In this document: in pieces, positions 11,971 to 24,182 of the stretch
How positions within the stretch are numbered: the first letter of the stretch is position 1
Layout of the letters: every line of letters begins with the position of its first letter
From: Haemophilus sp.
GTDB lineage: Bacteria; Pseudomonadota; Gammaproteobacteria; Enterobacterales; Pasteurellaceae
NCBI GenBank assembly: GCA_019423005.1
Contig: JAHZCF010000066.1
Coordinates: 750 to 64,749, forward strand
Direction of reading: 5' to 3'
Length of the DNA stretch: 64,000 bases
Notes under the pieces: model-generated
What the model saw: the letters and a program-made list of their open reading frames with translations, nothing else
Databases searched by the model: none
Told to the model about the DNA's origin: nothing
Made by a program: the position numbers and the translations under genes

Positions 11971-13415
11971 TGAATTTAGGTATTATTCTCCCATTAGCTA
12001 TCTATTTAGTCTTCATCTTTGGCGCGGCATTATTTGCTTATGTAAAACGCAGTAAAGGTGATTTCCTTACGGAATATTATGTAGGAAATCGCTCCATGAC
12101 GGGCTTTGTCCTTGCGATGACAACGGCTTCCACTTATGCCAGCGCCAGTTCTTTTGTTGGTGGACCAGGGGCAGCTTATAAATATGGGCTAGGCTGGGTA
12201 TTACTCGCCATGATCCAAGTGCCGGCTGTTTGGCTAGCCTTAGGTGCATTGGGCAAAAAGTTTGCATTACTTTCTCGCGAGACCAATGCGCTTACTATCA
12301 ATGATTTATTTCTCTATCGTTATAAAAATAAATATCTCGTTTGGATTTCCAGTCTAGCATTGTTGCTTGCCTTTTTTGCAGCTATGGTTGTGCAATTTAT
12401 TGGTGGGGCGAGATTGCTCGAAACCACGATAGGGATTCCTTATACTCATGCCTTACTTATTTTTGCCTTAACGGTTGGTATTTATACGTTTATTGGTGGT
12501 TTCCGAGCAGTTGTGTTAACCGATACGATTCAAGGTACAGTAATGATTTTTGGCACAATCGTGCTATTAGTGGGCGTGATTTACCATCTTGGTGGCGTAG
12601 AAAGTGCGGTCAATAAATTAACTGAAATTGATCCGAATTTAGTAAGTCCTTACGGTCCGAATGAGATGCTTGATTTTCAATTTATGGCATCCTTTTGGAT
12701 CTTAGTCTGTTTTGGTGTGGTTGGTTTGCCACATACAGCCGTGCGTTGTATGGCTTTTAAAGATAGTAAAGCCTTACATCGAGGCATGCTCATTGGTACG
12801 ATTGTCCTTTCAGTTATTATGTTAGGGATGCATTTGGCGGGCGCTTTAGGTCGTGCTGTTGTGCCAGATTTAACGGTGTCAGATAAAGTGATTCCAACCT
12901 TAATGTTGGAAGTGCTTCCTCCTATTGTTGCAGGGATTTTCTTAGCTGCACCGATGTCGGCGATTATGTCCACAGTTGATGCGCAACTCATTCAATCCTC
13001 CTCAATTTTTGTGAAAGACTTATATCTTGCAAGCAAACCTGAAGCTGCGAAGAATGAAAAACGAATTAGCCGTATTTCATCAGTCATTACACTAATTTTA
13101 TCGGCGTTGTTAATTCTTGCCGCACTGAATCCACCTGATATGATTATTTGGTTGAATCTATTTGCTTTCGGTGGATTAGAAGCAGCATTCCTTTGGGTGA
13201 TTGTATTAGGCATTTATTGGGATAAAGCAAATGCAGCAGGTGCAATAAGCTCAATGGTAGTGGGATTAAGTAGTTATGTGCTACTGACTCAATTTGGTAT
13301 CAAACTATTTGGTTTTAATGCGATTGTACCGGCGCTTGTATTTGGCTTGATTGCTTTCATCTTGGGTAACCAATTCGGCGCAAAAAAAACAGTAAAAATG
13401 GACCGCACTTTATGA
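11970..13415 (+). CDS. panF: Sodium/pantothenate symporter
   Basis: SSS family; YASASSFVGGPGAAY; gene context. Confidence 0.93.
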   Translation: MNLGIILPLAIYLVFIFGAALFAYVKRSKGDFLTEYYVGNRSMTGFVLAMTTASTYASASSFVGGPGAAYKYGLGWVLLAMIQVPAVWLALGALGKKFALLSRETNALTINDLFLYRYKNKYLVWISSLALLLAFFAAMVVQFIGGARLLETTIGIPYTHALLIFALTVGIYTFIGGFRAVVLTDTIQGTVMIFGTIVLLVGVIYHLGGVESAVNKLTEIDPNLVSPYGPNEMLDFQFMASFWILVCFGVVGLPHTAVRCMAFKDSKALHRGMLIGTIVLSVIMLGMHLAGALGRAVVPDLTVSDKVIPTLMLEVLPPIVAGIFLAAPMSAIMSTVDAQLIQSSSIFVKDLYLASKPEAAKNEKRISRISSVITLILSALLILAALNPPDMIIWLNLFAFGGLEAAFLWVIVLGIYWDKANAAGAISSMVVGLSSYVLLTQFGIKLFGFNAIVPALVFGLIAFILGNQFGAKKTVKMDRTL

Positions 13416-14287
13416 TTTACCAGATCCTAGCATTGTTTATTTGGAGTAGTGCCTTTGTTGCCGCTAAATACACCTTTACAATGATGGACACCATTTTGAT
13501 GATCCAAGCCCGTTTATTAATGGCGGCGATTATTGTGATGCCACTCTTTTTTCGTCGTTGGAAAGGCGTGTCTAAACCTATGCGAAAACAGCTTTGGTGG
13601 TTAGGTTTTTTTAATTATACTGCCACCTTTTTGCTGCAATTTATTGGCTTAAAATATACGAGCGCGGCGAGCGCAACGACCATGATAGGATTAGAGCCGT
13701 TATGTGTGATTTTTATTGGGCATTTTTTCTTTCAAGATCGTGCGAAATGGTATCATTGGTTGTGTGGCGCTTTTGCCTTTTTAGGCGTGGCCATTTTAAT
13801 TCTCGGTGGGCAGGGCAATGAAGGCTCAAGTCAAATTAGTTTATTGGGTTGCTCCTTAATAGTAGCGGCAAGTATTGTGTTTGCTTGTTGCTTACGTTGG
13901 ACGAAAAAAGTGGTGGCAACGGTTTCAGTACAAGCCTATACATCCATTTCGATTGTGTTGGCAACTATCACCATGCTGCCATTTACTTTATTGATGACTG
14001 AAAACTGGGATATCCATTTTAACTGGCTTGGTTTCTTCGGTTTGATTTACCTTGGTGTAGCATGCAGTTGGTTTGCCTTTTGGTTGTGGAATAAAGGCTT
14101 AAATTCAGTGGATGCAAAAATCTCGGGAATTTTGACCGCACTTGAGCCGATTTTCGGTGTCTTTTTGGCGGTATTATTGCTTAACGAAGAGGTTTCACTT
14201 GTTTCAGCGCTTGGGATTATCATTATTGTAGTTTCAGCCCTAGGCGTAAGTTTATTACCGAAATGGTTACATAAAGAAATTAATTAA
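13412..14287 (+). CDS. DMT (EamA) family transporter
   Basis: About 10 hydrophobic segments with duplicated LEP motifs. Confidence 0.85.
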   Translation: MIYQILALFIWSSAFVAAKYTFTMMDTILMIQARLLMAAIIVMPLFFRRWKGVSKPMRKQLWWLGFFNYTATFLLQFIGLKYTSAASATTMIGLEPLCVIFIGHFFFQDRAKWYHWLCGAFAFLGVAILILGGQGNEGSSQISLLGCSLIVAASIVFACCLRWTKKVVATVSVQAYTSISIVLATITMLPFTLLMTENWDIHFNWLGFFGLIYLGVACSWFAFWLWNKGLNSVDAKISGILTALEPIFGVFLAVLLLNEEVSLVSALGIIIIVVSALGVSLLPKWLHKEIN

Positions 14288-14299
14288 AAGGAAAAGAAG

Positions 14300-15187
14300 A
14301 TGGCGTGGATTCAAATTCGCTTAAATAGTACAAATGAAAAAGCTGAGAAAATTAGCGATTTTTTAGAAGAAATCGGCTCAGTTTCGGTCACATTTATGGA
14401 TAGCCAAGATACACCGATTTTTGAACCACTTCCAGGCGAAACACGTTTGTGGGGAAATACGGATGTGATTGCATTATTTGATGCAGAAACCGATATGAAT
14501 GAAATTGTGAGTTTGCTTAAACAAGCACATCATTTAGATGAAAACACTGCTTACAAAATTGAGCAAATCGAGGATAAAGATTGGGAACGTGAATGGATGG
14601 ATAACTTCCACCCAATGCAATTTGGCAAACGTTTATGGATTTGCCCAAGCTGGCGTGAAGTGCCAGATCAAAATGCAGTTAATGTGATGCTTGATCCTGG
14701 TTTAGCTTTTGGGACAGGTACACACCCAACAACTGCACTTTGTTTAGAGTGGTTAGATGGTTTGGATTTAACTGACAAAACCGTCATCGATTTTGGTTGT
14801 GGCTCTGGAATTCTTGCCATTGCAGCCCTTAAATTAGGGGCTAAAAATGCGATTGGTATTGATATCGATCCACAAGCGATTCTCGCCAGTCGTAATAATG
14901 CAGAACAAAATGGTGTGGCGGATCGTCTACAACTTTTCTTATCCGATGATAAACCTGAAGATTTAAAAGCGGATGTCGTTGTGGCGAATATTCTTGCGGG
15001 GCCATTGAAAGAACTTTACCCGATTATTTCTCAATTAGTGAAAGAGGGGGGCGATCTTGGATTATCGGGCATTTTAGAAACACAAGCACAATCGGTATGC
15101 GATGCGTATGCGCAATCGTTTAATTTAGATCCCGTAGCGGTGAAAGAGGAATGGTGCCGTATTACAGGTAAATTAAAATCGGCTTAA
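14300..15187 (+). CDS. prmA: Ribosomal protein L11 methyltransferase
   Basis: [28 protein letters not shown]. Confidence 0.96.
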   Translation: MAWIQIRLNSTNEKAEKISDFLEEIGSVSVTFMDSQDTPIFEPLPGETRLWGNTDVIALFDAETDMNEIVSLLKQAHHLDENTAYKIEQIEDKDWEREWMDNFHPMQFGKRLWICPSWREVPDQNAVNVMLDPGLAFGTGTHPTTALCLEWLDGLDLTDKTVIDFGCGSGILAIAALKLGAKNAIGIDIDPQAILASRNNAEQNGVADRLQLFLSDDKPEDLKADVVVANILAGPLKELYPIISQLVKEGGDLGLSGILETQAQSVCDAYAQSFNLDPVAVKEEWCRITGKLKSA

Positions 15188-15335
15188 TTTCTTTTTGTCA
15201 ATTAAAAAAGTGCATTTTTTGAACAAATTTCCCTTTGCAAAAAAAACGAAAAATGCGTAATATAGCACCCCTTGTCGGTGACTGCTGTTGCCTGACTTGC
15301 TAGAGATTAGGACTTGTAATTGGGGATAACATAAA

Positions 15336-16316
15336 ATGCGAATTGGTTCTTATGAATTAAAAAATCGTATTTTATTGGCACCCATGGCAGGTATTACGGA
15401 TCAACCTTTTCGACGTTTATGTGCCCATTACGGTGCGGGATTAACGTTTTCAGAGATGATGTCCACTAATCCACAAGTTTGGCATACAGAGAAATCGAAA
15501 CTTCGTTTAGCACATAGTGAAGAGTTAGGATTAAATGCGGTGCAAATCGCAGGTTCTGATCCTTTAGAAATGGCCCAAGCTGCAGCAATTAATGTAGCTT
15601 ATGGTGCTGAAATTATCGACATCAATATGGGCTGTCCCGCAAAGAAAGTAAATCGAAAATTAGCGGGCTCTGCACTGCTTCAATTTCCCGATTTAGTGGA
15701 AAAAATTTTAAAAGAAGTGGTGAATGCCGTTGATGTACCTGTGACGTTAAAAATTCGCACAGGTTGGGATAAAGCAAATCGAAACTGTGTGCAAATCGGC
15801 AAAATTGCAGAACAATCTGGTATTCAAGCTTTAACCATTCATGGGCGGACGAAAGAATGCTTATTTGAAGGCGAAGCGGAATACGACAATATTCGAGCAG
15901 TCAAACAATCAATTTCAATTCCAGTCATTGCGAATGGGGATATTGATTCTGCCTCGAAAGCGAAAAAGGTACTTGAGTACACAGGTGCCGATGCAATAAT
16001 GATCGGTCGTGCCGCTCTAGGCAATCCATGGCTTTTCCAAGCGGTGGAAGCACTAGTAGAACATGATACGATAATTCAAACACCAAGTTTACGTGAAAAG
16101 TGCGGTCATATTTTGCGTCATATTCAAGAACTTCATCAGTTCTATGGTGAACAAAAAGGCTATCGAATAGCTCGCAAACACGTGGCTTGGTATTTACAGG
16201 GAATTCAACCCGATTCCGTTTTTAGACAGACTTTTAACGCAATTAATGAACCGAAAGAGCAGTTAATTGTGCTGGAAGATTTTTTAAATTCAATTTTGGA
16301 TAAAGAAAAATGTTAG
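15336..16316 (+). CDS. dusB: tRNA-dihydrouridine synthase B
   Basis: [14 protein letters not shown]; directly upstream of fis. Confidence 0.95.
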   Translation: MRIGSYELKNRILLAPMAGITDQPFRRLCAHYGAGLTFSEMMSTNPQVWHTEKSKLRLAHSEELGLNAVQIAGSDPLEMAQAAAINVAYGAEIIDINMGCPAKKVNRKLAGSALLQFPDLVEKILKEVVNAVDVPVTLKIRTGWDKANRNCVQIGKIAEQSGIQALTIHGRTKECLFEGEAEYDNIRAVKQSISIPVIANGDIDSASKAKKVLEYTGADAIMIGRAALGNPWLFQAVEALVEHDTIIQTPSLREKCGHILRHIQELHQFYGEQKGYRIARKHVAWYLQGIQPDSVFRQTFNAINEPKEQLIVLEDFLNSILDKEKC

Positions 16317-16609
16317 AACAACAACGTAGTCCGTCTGAAGCGTTAACCGTTTCAGTTTTAAACTCTCAATCACAAGTAACAAACAAACCATTACGTGATT
16401 CAGTAAAACAAGCTTTACGCAATTACTTATCACAATTAGATGGTCAGGATGTGAATGATCTTTACGAATTAGTATTAGCGGAAGTTGAACACCCGATGTT
16501 AGATATGATTATGCAATACACCCGCGGTAACCAAACCCGTGCGGCAAATATGCTCGGTATTAACCGTGGTACATTGCGTAAGAAATTGAAAAAATACGGT
16601 ATGGGCTAA
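16310..16609 (+). CDS. fis: DNA-binding protein Fis
   Basis: [25 protein letters not shown]. Confidence 0.97.
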   Translation: MLEQQRSPSEALTVSVLNSQSQVTNKPLRDSVKQALRNYLSQLDGQDVNDLYELVLAEVEHPMLDMIMQYTRGNQTRAANMLGINRGTLRKKLKKYGMG

Positions 16610-16660
16610 TTAAGCTTAGCAAAAAGAAAGGCGAACATTATTGTTCGCCTTTTTATTTAC

Positions 16661-17461
16661 CTATTGAATGGTGAAGCTAATTGGTACACTGACTGAAGAG
16701 GCAAATCCTGCGGGTTTTGGACCAACTGGTCTTGCACTTCTCACAGCCTCAAGTGCTGCATTATCTAGGCTTTCATCTCCAGAGGAGTTAGTCACACGTT
16801 CTCCTGATAACGAACCATCTGAACTAACGCTAAAACTTACGCTCACAACACCTTGTTTACGCATCATTTTCGCTCGAGCCGGGTAGCGTTTATGCCGTTC
16901 AATTTCACGTCGAATAGCCGCACGATAGGCATTATGTTCATCTGTATTGGCACCAGAGCCACCTTGAACGCCATTTGTACCAGGTTGACCTGTAGTCGTT
17001 GCTTTAGAATTTGCCGTAGCCGTTGAATTAATATTCTTATCGCCAATCGGTAAGCTCTTCGGCATTTCTACCGGTTTCTCTGTTTTTACCTCATTTTTAG
17101 GCTTTTCTTTTGGCTTCTCTTTCGGTTTTGGTTTCGGCTTTTCTATTGGTTTTTCTGGCTTTTTCTCAGGTTCTTTTTTCTTTTCAGGCTCTGGTTTTTT
17201 CGTTGGATCCTCAACGATGTCCTGTTTTTCAGGCTCTGGTTCCACCTGTTGAGGTTCAGGTTCCGGTTCTGGAGTAGGTTCTTCCACTCGCATTCCTTGA
17301 ATCATTTCCATTGAAATCGTCGTGGATATTTCACCTGGTGCATCGCTTGCTGCTTCATGTGGCGTATGCCAGTTCCAAAATAACGCACCAAGGATGCTAC
17401 CATGAATCAATAAGGAAATAAGCAAACCTAATAATGATCGTTTGGTTTGTTGGCTGTTCAT
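16661..17461 (-). CDS. tonB: Energy transducer TonB
   Basis: N-terminal TM with SxxxH, EP/KP-rich linker, YP motif and C-terminal domain. Confidence 0.93.
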   Translation of the reverse strand: MNSQQTKRSLLGLLISLLIHGSILGALFWNWHTPHEAASDAPGEISTTISMEMIQGMRVEEPTPEPEPEPQQVEPEPEKQDIVEDPTKKPEPEKKKEPEKKPEKPIEKPKPKPKEKPKEKPKNEVKTEKPVEMPKSLPIGDKNINSTATANSKATTTGQPGTNGVQGGSGANTDEHNAYRAAIRREIERHKRYPARAKMMRKQGVVSVSFSVSSDGSLSGERVTNSSGDESLDNAALEAVRSARPVGPKPAGFASSVSVPISFTIQ

Positions 17462-17934
17462 TGACTACGTCCTACTCCAACGCCTCCGCTTGCAACTCCA
17501 CCTACTTCAGGCGTATTTTTTGATTCATTTGCTTGAGTTGTTTTGCTTGGAGCGCCTTTATCTTTCATAGATACAATAACGACATTTTTGATTTCATTTT
17601 TCGATAACATATCGGTAATGGTTACGAAATCTTGGAAGGAAGCTTCAGCATCAATTTTTAACGTTACTTTTTGATCTTTATTCCAACCCATAATTTCTTT
17701 TTCAAGCGCTTCTTGTGAAATAGGCTTATCATTAAAATAAAGTTGCTTATCAGCTGTAACCGTTAATAATTTTGTTAATTCATCTGACTTGAATGCGACT
17801 GTTGAACTCGCTTTGGGCACATTTACCTTAATTTTCCCTTGGGAAATAAAGGATGCGGTGACCAACACTATCGCTAATAACACCAACATAATGTCGATGA
17901 AAGGAATAATGTTGATTTCATCAAATTTTTTCAC
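17458..17934 (-). CDS. exbD: TonB system protein ExbD
   Basis: [15 protein letters not shown]. Confidence 0.93.
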   Translation of the reverse strand: MKKFDEINIIPFIDIMLVLLAIVLVTASFISQGKIKVNVPKASSTVAFKSDELTKLLTVTADKQLYFNDKPISQEALEKEIMGWNKDQKVTLKIDAEASFQDFVTITDMLSKNEIKNVVIVSMKDKGAPSKTTQANESKNTPEVGGVASGGVGVGRSQ

Positions 17935-17936
17935 GA

Positions 17937-18389
17937 TTATTCCTTATCTTTTTGAGTGTTTAATACTTTCCATTTCAAGCGGTTAACTTCCACTTTACGA
18001 CCTAAGCCGTTATAGAACATCATGGAAGGAATCGCGACTAAAATACCTAATGCAGTTGCTTTTAATGCAAGAGAGAGGTGCATCATAATGGCTCCCGCAT
18101 CGACTTCGCCATCGCCATGACCAATTTGGAAGAAAGTTAATAAAATCCCTATTACTGTTCCTAATAAACCTACATAAGGCGCGTTGGCACCGACAGTGGA
18201 GATTACGGTCATATTACGATTTAAATCAATTTCAAGAGCGTGAATATTGGAATATTTCGCTACGTTCACACGCTTTAAAAAGAGAAAACGCTCAATCACA
18301 GCTGCGAGCATGATTACACTCATCAGAAGTAGAAGACCGATAATTATGTAATCACTATATTGTTGTAAAAAATCAAAAAGTTGTAGCAT
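17937..18389 (-). CDS. exbB: TonB system protein ExbB
   Basis: [18 protein letters not shown]. Confidence 0.93.
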   Translation of the reverse strand: MLQLFDFLQQYSDYIIIGLLLLMSVIMLAAVIERFLFLKRVNVAKYSNIHALEIDLNRNMTVISTVGANAPYVGLLGTVIGILLTFFQIGHGDGEVDAGAIMMHLSLALKATALGILVAIPSMMFYNGLGRKVEVNRLKWKVLNTQKDKE

Positions 18390-18427
18390 TTGATAGTCCT
18401 TGTATGGGTAATAAAAAAACATAAATT

Positions 18428-18450
18428 TAATTGAGAATGAATTTCAATTA
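18428..18450. promoter_or_regulatory. Fur-box-like site upstream of exbB-exbD-tonB
   Basis: taatTGAGAATGAATTTCAatta resembles the 7-1-7 TGATAATnATTATCA repeat. Confidence 0.6.
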
Positions 18451-18564
18451 GATGTGAATTCTATCAAATGGAAAATAGAGCGTAAATATAAATTAAAAAA
18501 ATGAGTATTTTTTTAACCGCACTTTGAGATAAATCAGAAAAGTGCGGTTGTTTTGAGAGGTGTT

Positions 18565-19032
18565 TTAAAGGGATTGTAGGTAATCTAAGACAATTTGATG
18601 ATGTTCACCTGTTTTGAATTTATCAAAAACATGCTGAATTTTGCCTTGTTCATCAATGAGAAAGGTAATACGGTGAATACCATCATAAACACGGCCCATG
18701 AATTTCTTTTCTCCCCATACACCAAATTGCTCGGCAACCTGGTGATCTTCATCAGAAAGCAAGGTGAAATTGAGCGACTTTTTCTCAACAAATTGAGCCA
18801 GTTTTTTTGGCGCATCTGTGCTGATGCCTAAAATAATCACACCTAATTTTTCTAACTCGCTTTTAGCATCACGTAAACCGCAGGCTTGAGTTGTACAGCC
18901 TGGTGTTAAGGCTTTTGGATAAAAATACACGAGTACTTTTTTGCCTTTAAAGTCGCTAAGTGAAATTGGCTGATTATCTTGATTTAAAAGGGTAAATTGC
19001 GGTGCTAAGTCACCCACTTGTAATGTTTTCAT
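18565..19032 (-). CDS. bcp: Thioredoxin-dependent thiol peroxidase Bcp
   Basis: YFYPKALTPGCTTQAC. Confidence 0.95.
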   Translation of the reverse strand: MKTLQVGDLAPQFTLLNQDNQPISLSDFKGKKVLVYFYPKALTPGCTTQACGLRDAKSELEKLGVIILGISTDAPKKLAQFVEKKSLNFTLLSDEDHQVAEQFGVWGEKKFMGRVYDGIHRITFLIDEQGKIQHVFDKFKTGEHHQIVLDYLQSL

Positions 19033-19149
19033 AAAAAATCCTTAAAAATGTAAAAAATGATTTGTAAATTCAAGCTATTTTAGCGATTATAACCAAATAT
19101 TTTCAAATGTTATTGTTAAAACGCAAAATAGATGTAAATGGAGTGCCTT

Positions 19150-20046
19150 ATGACTACGCAAACCCCCTTATTTTCAGGCAGTATTGTTGCTTTAGTAACC
19201 CCGATGGATAACCACGGAAACATTGATTTTGAAACATTAGAAAAACTTATCGAGTTTCATATCAATGCAGGTACAGATTCAATTGTATCTGTGGGTACAA
19301 CGGGAGAATCTGCCACATTAAGCATTGAAGAAAATGTGAAGGTGGTTGAAAAGACAGTTGAGTTAGCAAAAGGACGTATTCCAATTATTGCTGGCACCGG
19401 TGCGAATGCAACGAGTGAAGCCATTGTGATGACAAAATTGCTACGAGATAGCGGAGTCGCGGGTTGCTTATCTGTTGTACCTTACTACAATAAGCCAACT
19501 CAAGAAGGCATGTTCCAACATTTTAAAGCCATTGCAGAATGCACGGATTTACCACAACTTCTTTATAATGTACCGGGTCGTACTGGTAGTGATATGAAAC
19601 CTGAAACCGTGGCGCGTTTGTCTCAAATTGAGAATATTGTAGGGATTAAAGAAGCAACAGGCGATTTAACTCGCATTACAGCGATTAAAGAATTAGCCGG
19701 TAAAGATTTCATTGTATTAAGTGGAGATGATGCCACAGGGTTAGAAGCGATGAAATTAGGCGCAGAGGGGGTTATTTCTGTGACAAATAACCTTGCTGCA
19801 AAAGATATGGCCGCGATGTGTCGCTATGCTTTAGCGGGCGATTTTGCGAAAGCGGAAGAAATTAATGCACGTTTAATGCCTTTACATCAAGATTTATTTA
19901 TTGAATCAAACCCAATTCCAGTTAAATGGGCTGCATATCGTTTAGGTTTAATTAAGACTCCACACTTACGTTTACCACTTACTGTGTTAAGCGAAAGCGC
20001 TCAAGTAAAAGTAGAAGAAGCATTAAAAATTGCTGGCTTAATTTAA
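19150..20046 (+). CDS. dapA: 4-hydroxy-tetrahydrodipicolinate synthase
   Basis: [19 protein letters not shown]. Confidence 0.96.
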   Translation: MTTQTPLFSGSIVALVTPMDNHGNIDFETLEKLIEFHINAGTDSIVSVGTTGESATLSIEENVKVVEKTVELAKGRIPIIAGTGANATSEAIVMTKLLRDSGVAGCLSVVPYYNKPTQEGMFQHFKAIAECTDLPQLLYNVPGRTGSDMKPETVARLSQIENIVGIKEATGDLTRITAIKELAGKDFIVLSGDDATGLEAMKLGAEGVISVTNNLAAKDMAAMCRYALAGDFAKAEEINARLMPLHQDLFIESNPIPVKWAAYRLGLIKTPHLRLPLTVLSESAQVKVEEALKIAGLI

Positions 20047-20148
20047 TGAATTAAAGGGTTGTTTTTACAGCCCTTTAAACTTTCAGCTCTTTTATTTGTC
20101 AAAGAGCGGTCATTATTCTAATTATTTTTTATTGAAAGGATTTAAGGA

Positions 20149-21150
20149 ATGAAAAAAATCGTACTGAGTTTAGTCGCAGCAGCATTGTTATCGGCATGTT
20201 CAAACAGCGTGGAAAAAATGCAGACGGCTAATGACACTTATCAAAATTCTGATCGTGAAATACCGAGCTTTTCTCCTTTAGCAAGTGGTGGGGTAACATT
20301 GCCGCAAGCTGATCCGACTTATGAACTTCCTCAGCTTAATGCGAAAAAAGAACGCGTGGATATTCGTCCGCCTTCAACCCCATTAGCGATTATTAAAAAT
20401 TCTTTAACACAATTTGATGGTGAACGTGCATTGATTGTTTATACGGATGCACAAGCAGAGCTTTATAATCTCAAACAAATTGAGCGTTTATTGAAAGAAG
20501 AAGGCACGAATTCAACTTTAAATGGTGCTGTATTAATTAGCGATTGGGCGCCAACGGGTCGTGCAGATGATAAAGCCAATACAGAGATCCGTTATAAAAT
20601 TGAACAAGTTACGGCGCAAGATGCAAGTGCGTTAGCGGTTTCTGTAGAACAAATGCGTCGTGATGGAGTGATTTATACGCCAAATCAAGCTGATAAGCAG
20701 CGCTATGCATCTGATCGTTTAAATCGTTTTGTTTCGGCGCTCACTAGCGCTTATAACAAGCAACAACAAGATTTAAGTAGTGCTTCTGTAGGACCTTTCC
20801 AATCTGGTTTAATTACTGATACGAATGGCAGAATGGCATTGGGTATGGATGCAAGCTTTGGTCAAGCATGGCAACGTTTAGGTTCGGCTCTACCGAAATT
20901 AGGCTTTAAAGCAACATCTGAATCTGCAGGCCGTGGTTATCGTGAATTGAAATATAAACCATTGGATAAACAAGAGTGGTTACGTTTAGGTGTGAATCCG
21001 CCTAATCTAGAAAAAGGCGTTTACCAAATGCAAATTTCTGCGGTGGGTAAACAAAGTGCGGTCGTGATCACTGATGAAGATGGCAAGGCATTACCAAATG
21101 AAGCCACTCAATCCCTCTATTCCGCGCTAGGTGTGTTACTTGCGCAATAA
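20149..21150 (+). CDS. bamC: Outer membrane assembly lipoprotein BamC (NlpB)
   Basis: Lipobox LSAC, DIRPP motif, position after dapA. Confidence 0.85.
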   Translation: MKKIVLSLVAAALLSACSNSVEKMQTANDTYQNSDREIPSFSPLASGGVTLPQADPTYELPQLNAKKERVDIRPPSTPLAIIKNSLTQFDGERALIVYTDAQAELYNLKQIERLLKEEGTNSTLNGAVLISDWAPTGRADDKANTEIRYKIEQVTAQDASALAVSVEQMRRDGVIYTPNQADKQRYASDRLNRFVSALTSAYNKQQQDLSSASVGPFQSGLITDTNGRMALGMDASFGQAWQRLGSALPKLGFKATSESAGRGYRELKYKPLDKQEWLRLGVNPPNLEKGVYQMQISAVGKQSAVVITDEDGKALPNEATQSLYSALGVLLAQ

Positions 21151-21168
21151 TATAATAAGTCGATAAAT

Positions 21169-21200
21169 AAAAAGTGCGGTTCAATTTGACCGCACTTTTT
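21169..21200. terminator. Uptake-sequence inverted-repeat terminator
   Basis: aaaaagtgcggtt-caattt-gaccgcacttttt. Confidence 0.75.
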
Positions 21201-21213
21201 TATTAGAAAAAAT

Positions 21214-21510
21214 TTATTCAGCTTTCACGCCTAAGTTACCCATTTTTACGCCGAGGTTACCGAGTGAAACCGGATCCAAATAATCCCCCAAGAATTTGAA
21301 TAACTCGCTTAATTCTGTAAATGAGCGTTTGATTTTTACTTGATCTTCTACTTTACGCACAAATTCATAACGCACATTTTCGCCTTCAAAATAAGCCGTG
21401 AGCGTGAGATAAATGGTTTCAAAAAAGTGGCTTTGAGCACCTTCTTCACCCGGATCACTGATACGGACATTCCAAGTATTGTTAAATAAAACTTCTGTTT
21501 TGATTGACAT
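21214..21510 (-). CDS. Conserved Pasteurellaceae hypothetical protein
   Basis: 98-aa ORF with AGAGGA RBS; no recognisable catalytic motif. Confidence 0.7.
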   Translation of the reverse strand: MSIKTEVLFNNTWNVRISDPGEEGAQSHFFETIYLTLTAYFEGENVRYEFVRKVEDQVKIKRSFTELSELFKFLGDYLDPVSLGNLGVKMGNLGVKAE

Positions 21511-21535
21511 ATAGACTTCCTCTGTTTGTTATTTT

Positions 21536-21790
21536 TTATACTGAAATTGAAACGAAAAACCCGATGATAAAATTTCTGAAATCAAAAACTTTATCATCGG
21601 GCTTTTCAAACCAATTGCTCGCATATTTTGCTTTGCGTTGGTAACTGCCTTTACCTTTACGTTTTTTCTCAACGCGTTGGCGGAATAATTTGTCGTGTAA
21701 TAGTGCCATCACGGCATTATCTTTCACGACACCTTTGGTGTGTTGATAAATGGGCTGATTTTCAACCGCACTTTTTGTTTTTTTTGTCAT
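21536..21790 (-). CDS. arfA: Alternative ribosome rescue factor A
   Basis: [46 protein letters not shown] before the ATG at 21790. Confidence 0.92.
   Translation of the reverse strand: MTKKTKSAVENQPIYQHTKGVVKDNAVMALLHDKLFRQRVEKKRKGKGSYQRKAKYASNWFEKPDDKVFDFRNFIIGFFVSISV
21555..21606 (-). terminator. Hairpin inside the 3' part of arfA (terminator or RNase III site)
   Basis: AAAAGCCCGATGATAAAG...TTTTATCATCGGGTTTTT on the minus strand, before the stop codon. Confidence 0.75.
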
Positions 21791-21855
21791 ATTTACCTCT
21801 AAAAAATTGCCGTGAAGTCGTTCACGGCAAGTCATTATAGCGAAAATGAATAGAA

Positions 21856-22206
21856 TTACAAAATGGTGAGTACGCTTTCAGGCGGTCGTCCAATTTTAGC
21901 TTTTTCACCTTTTACCACAATCGGGCGTTCTAATAGGGCTGAATTTTCACTGATGGCTTTTAATAACTCATCATTAGTTAATGCAGGATTATCTAACCCT
22001 AATGATTGATAAAGCTCATCTTTGGTACGCATCATTTTTCTGACATCATCTAATCCTAATTTATTAGCCAGTTGCTGTAATGCTTCAACAGAGTAGTGTT
22101 GTTGCAAATAAAGTTCGATAGTTGGTTGGATGCCTTTTTCTTCTAATAAAGCTAAGGTTTCACGGCTTTTTGAACAGCGCGGATTATGATAAATCGTCAC
22201 AGACAT
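21856..22206 (-). CDS. arsC: Arsenate reductase (glutaredoxin) family protein
   Basis: [21 protein letters not shown]. Confidence 0.88.
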   Translation of the reverse strand: MSVTIYHNPRCSKSRETLALLEEKGIQPTIELYLQQHYSVEALQQLANKLGLDDVRKMMRTKDELYQSLGLDNPALTNDELLKAISENSALLERPIVVKGEKAKIGRPPESVLTIL

Positions 22207-22300
22207 AACGTTTCCTTCTATTTTATGTTGAATGAGTGGATATAGGATTGATTCAAATTTTAACTTATAATGACAAAAAATACTTGTTTAGGAAGACTTT

Positions 22301-23347
22301 ATGTTAGAAATGCTAAAAAATTGGTATAGCCGTCGCTTAAGCGATCCACAGGCGATGGGGCTACTTGCCATTTTGTTGTTTGGCTTTATTGCGATTTATT
22401 TCTTTAGTGATTTAATCGCCCCGTTGCTGATTGCCATTGTATTAGCATATTTATTGGAAATGCCGATTAATTTTTTAACGAAAAAATTAAAATTTCCTCG
22501 AATGCTTGCCACGTTAATTATTTTTGGTGGCTTTCTAACCTTAGCGTTATTAATTTTCTTCGGGCTTGTACCAACATTATGGAATCAAACGATTTCCTTA
22601 TTAAGCGATTTGCCAGCTATGTTCAATAAGTTACATGAATGGTTATTAGCCCTTCCTGAGCATTATCCTGAACTCATCGATTACACCATGATTGACACCT
22701 TTTTTAGTGCGGCTCGAGCGAAGATTTTGGGCTTTGGTGAATCTGCGGTGAAATTGTCGATTACTTCATTAATGAACCTTGTATCACTGGGTATCTATGC
22801 ATTTTTAGTGCCATTAATGATGTTCTTTATGCTGAAAGATAAAACAGAACTTCTTGCTGGTGTAAGCCGATTTTTGCCTAAAAACCGTCTTTTAGCGTCT
22901 AAAGTATGGAATGAGATGCAGCAACAAATTGCGAATTATATTCATGGCAAATTGTTAGAAATTTTGATTGTTGGCGTGGTGACTTATATTATCTTTTTAA
23001 GCTTTGGTTTAAATTATCCGCTGTTGCTTTCTGTTGCCGTTGGGCTTTCTGTATTAGTGCCTTATATCGGTGCGGTATTGGTGACGATTCCCGTCGCTTT
23101 AGTCGCCATGTTCCAGTTTGGCATTTCTCCAACGTTTTGGTATTTAATTGTGGCCTTTGCGGTGAGTCAACTTCTAGATGGAAACTTGTTGGTGCCGTAT
23201 TTATTCTCTGAAGTTGTTAATTTACATCCTTTAGTAATCATTATTTCAGTATTAATTTTTGGCGGATTATGGGGGTTCTGGGGCGTATTTTTCGCTATTC
23301 CATTGGCAACGCTCGTCAAAGCTGTGCTGAATGCATTGCCAGATTAG
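22301..23347 (+). CDS. AI-2E family transporter (PerM-like)
   Basis: Multi-TM protein with [10 protein letters not shown] and LHP motifs. Confidence 0.85.
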   Translation: MLEMLKNWYSRRLSDPQAMGLLAILLFGFIAIYFFSDLIAPLLIAIVLAYLLEMPINFLTKKLKFPRMLATLIIFGGFLTLALLIFFGLVPTLWNQTISLLSDLPAMFNKLHEWLLALPEHYPELIDYTMIDTFFSAARAKILGFGESAVKLSITSLMNLVSLGIYAFLVPLMMFFMLKDKTELLAGVSRFLPKNRLLASKVWNEMQQQIANYIHGKLLEILIVGVVTYIIFLSFGLNYPLLLSVAVGLSVLVPYIGAVLVTIPVALVAMFQFGISPTFWYLIVAFAVSQLLDGNLLVPYLFSEVVNLHPLVIIISVLIFGGLWGFWGVFFAIPLATLVKAVLNALPD

Positions 23348-23383
23348 ACAGAATTAAAACGATAAAAAGAAAGCTGACGAAAG

Positions 23384-24121
23384 TCAGCTTTTTTGTTCTT
23401 TTAATTTTTGGATATCCAGAATTTCGACACAATCTGTTGTCCCTGCTTTAATACGCCATTTAATATTAAATTCGTACAGACTAATACCATAAATACGATC
23501 AGTTTCTTTACCTTGTTGATAAGCGGGACGGGGATCTTGTGCGATCACTTCCGTAATAAATCTTGCTAAGTGCGGTCGGTTTTTGTGATATTTTTCAACT
23601 GCGCTTTGGGCGATTTCTGTAAATTCTACGCTTAATTTTGCAGGTGGTTTTTCTTGCGCAAAACTTGATTTTGCCTCAGGTTCGCTATCAGCGTAGGCAA
23701 TATAAGGTTTAATATCAAAAATAGGTGTGCCATCGACAAGATCCACGGAACCCAAATGCAGAAAAACACGGCCATGAATGCATTCCATTTGGCGTAATTC
23801 AACTTTGGATAAGCCTAGCGGATTAGGGCGATGCGTAGCGCGTGAAGCAAAGACACCGACACGTTGATTTCCGCCTAAACGAGGGGGGCGAACAGTAGAT
23901 TGCCATTTCCCATGGGGTACTTTGTCAAATTGGAAAATAAGCCAAAGATGGCTAAATTGCTCTAATCCTCGTACAGCTTCTGGCGAATTATACGGAGGGA
24001 GCAGTTCCACAATACCAATGCCATCCTGTACTAAATCTGGCTGTCGTGGCACCGAGAATTTTTCTTTGTAAGGCGTGTGAATCACCGCAATTGGGTGAAG
24101 CGTCAGTGTTAAATCATTCAT
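23384..24121 (-). CDS. tsaA: tRNA m6t6A37 methyltransferase
   Basis: [36 protein letters not shown]. Confidence 0.92.
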   Translation of the reverse strand: MNDLTLTLHPIAVIHTPYKEKFSVPRQPDLVQDGIGIVELLPPYNSPEAVRGLEQFSHLWLIFQFDKVPHGKWQSTVRPPRLGGNQRVGVFASRATHRPNPLGLSKVELRQMECIHGRVFLHLGSVDLVDGTPIFDIKPYIAYADSEPEAKSSFAQEKPPAKLSVEFTEIAQSAVEKYHKNRPHLARFITEVIAQDPRPAYQQGKETDRIYGISLYEFNIKWRIKAGTTDCVEILDIQKLKEQKS

Positions 24122-24182
24122 AAAAAGGCAATTTCCGTGTAGAATACGCCCTTTATTGTAATCAAAAGTGCGGTCAAAAAAA

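Noticed and set aside
17070..17290. Repetitive purine/pyrimidine-skewed DNA
   Set aside because: Encodes the normal EP/KP spacer of TonB.
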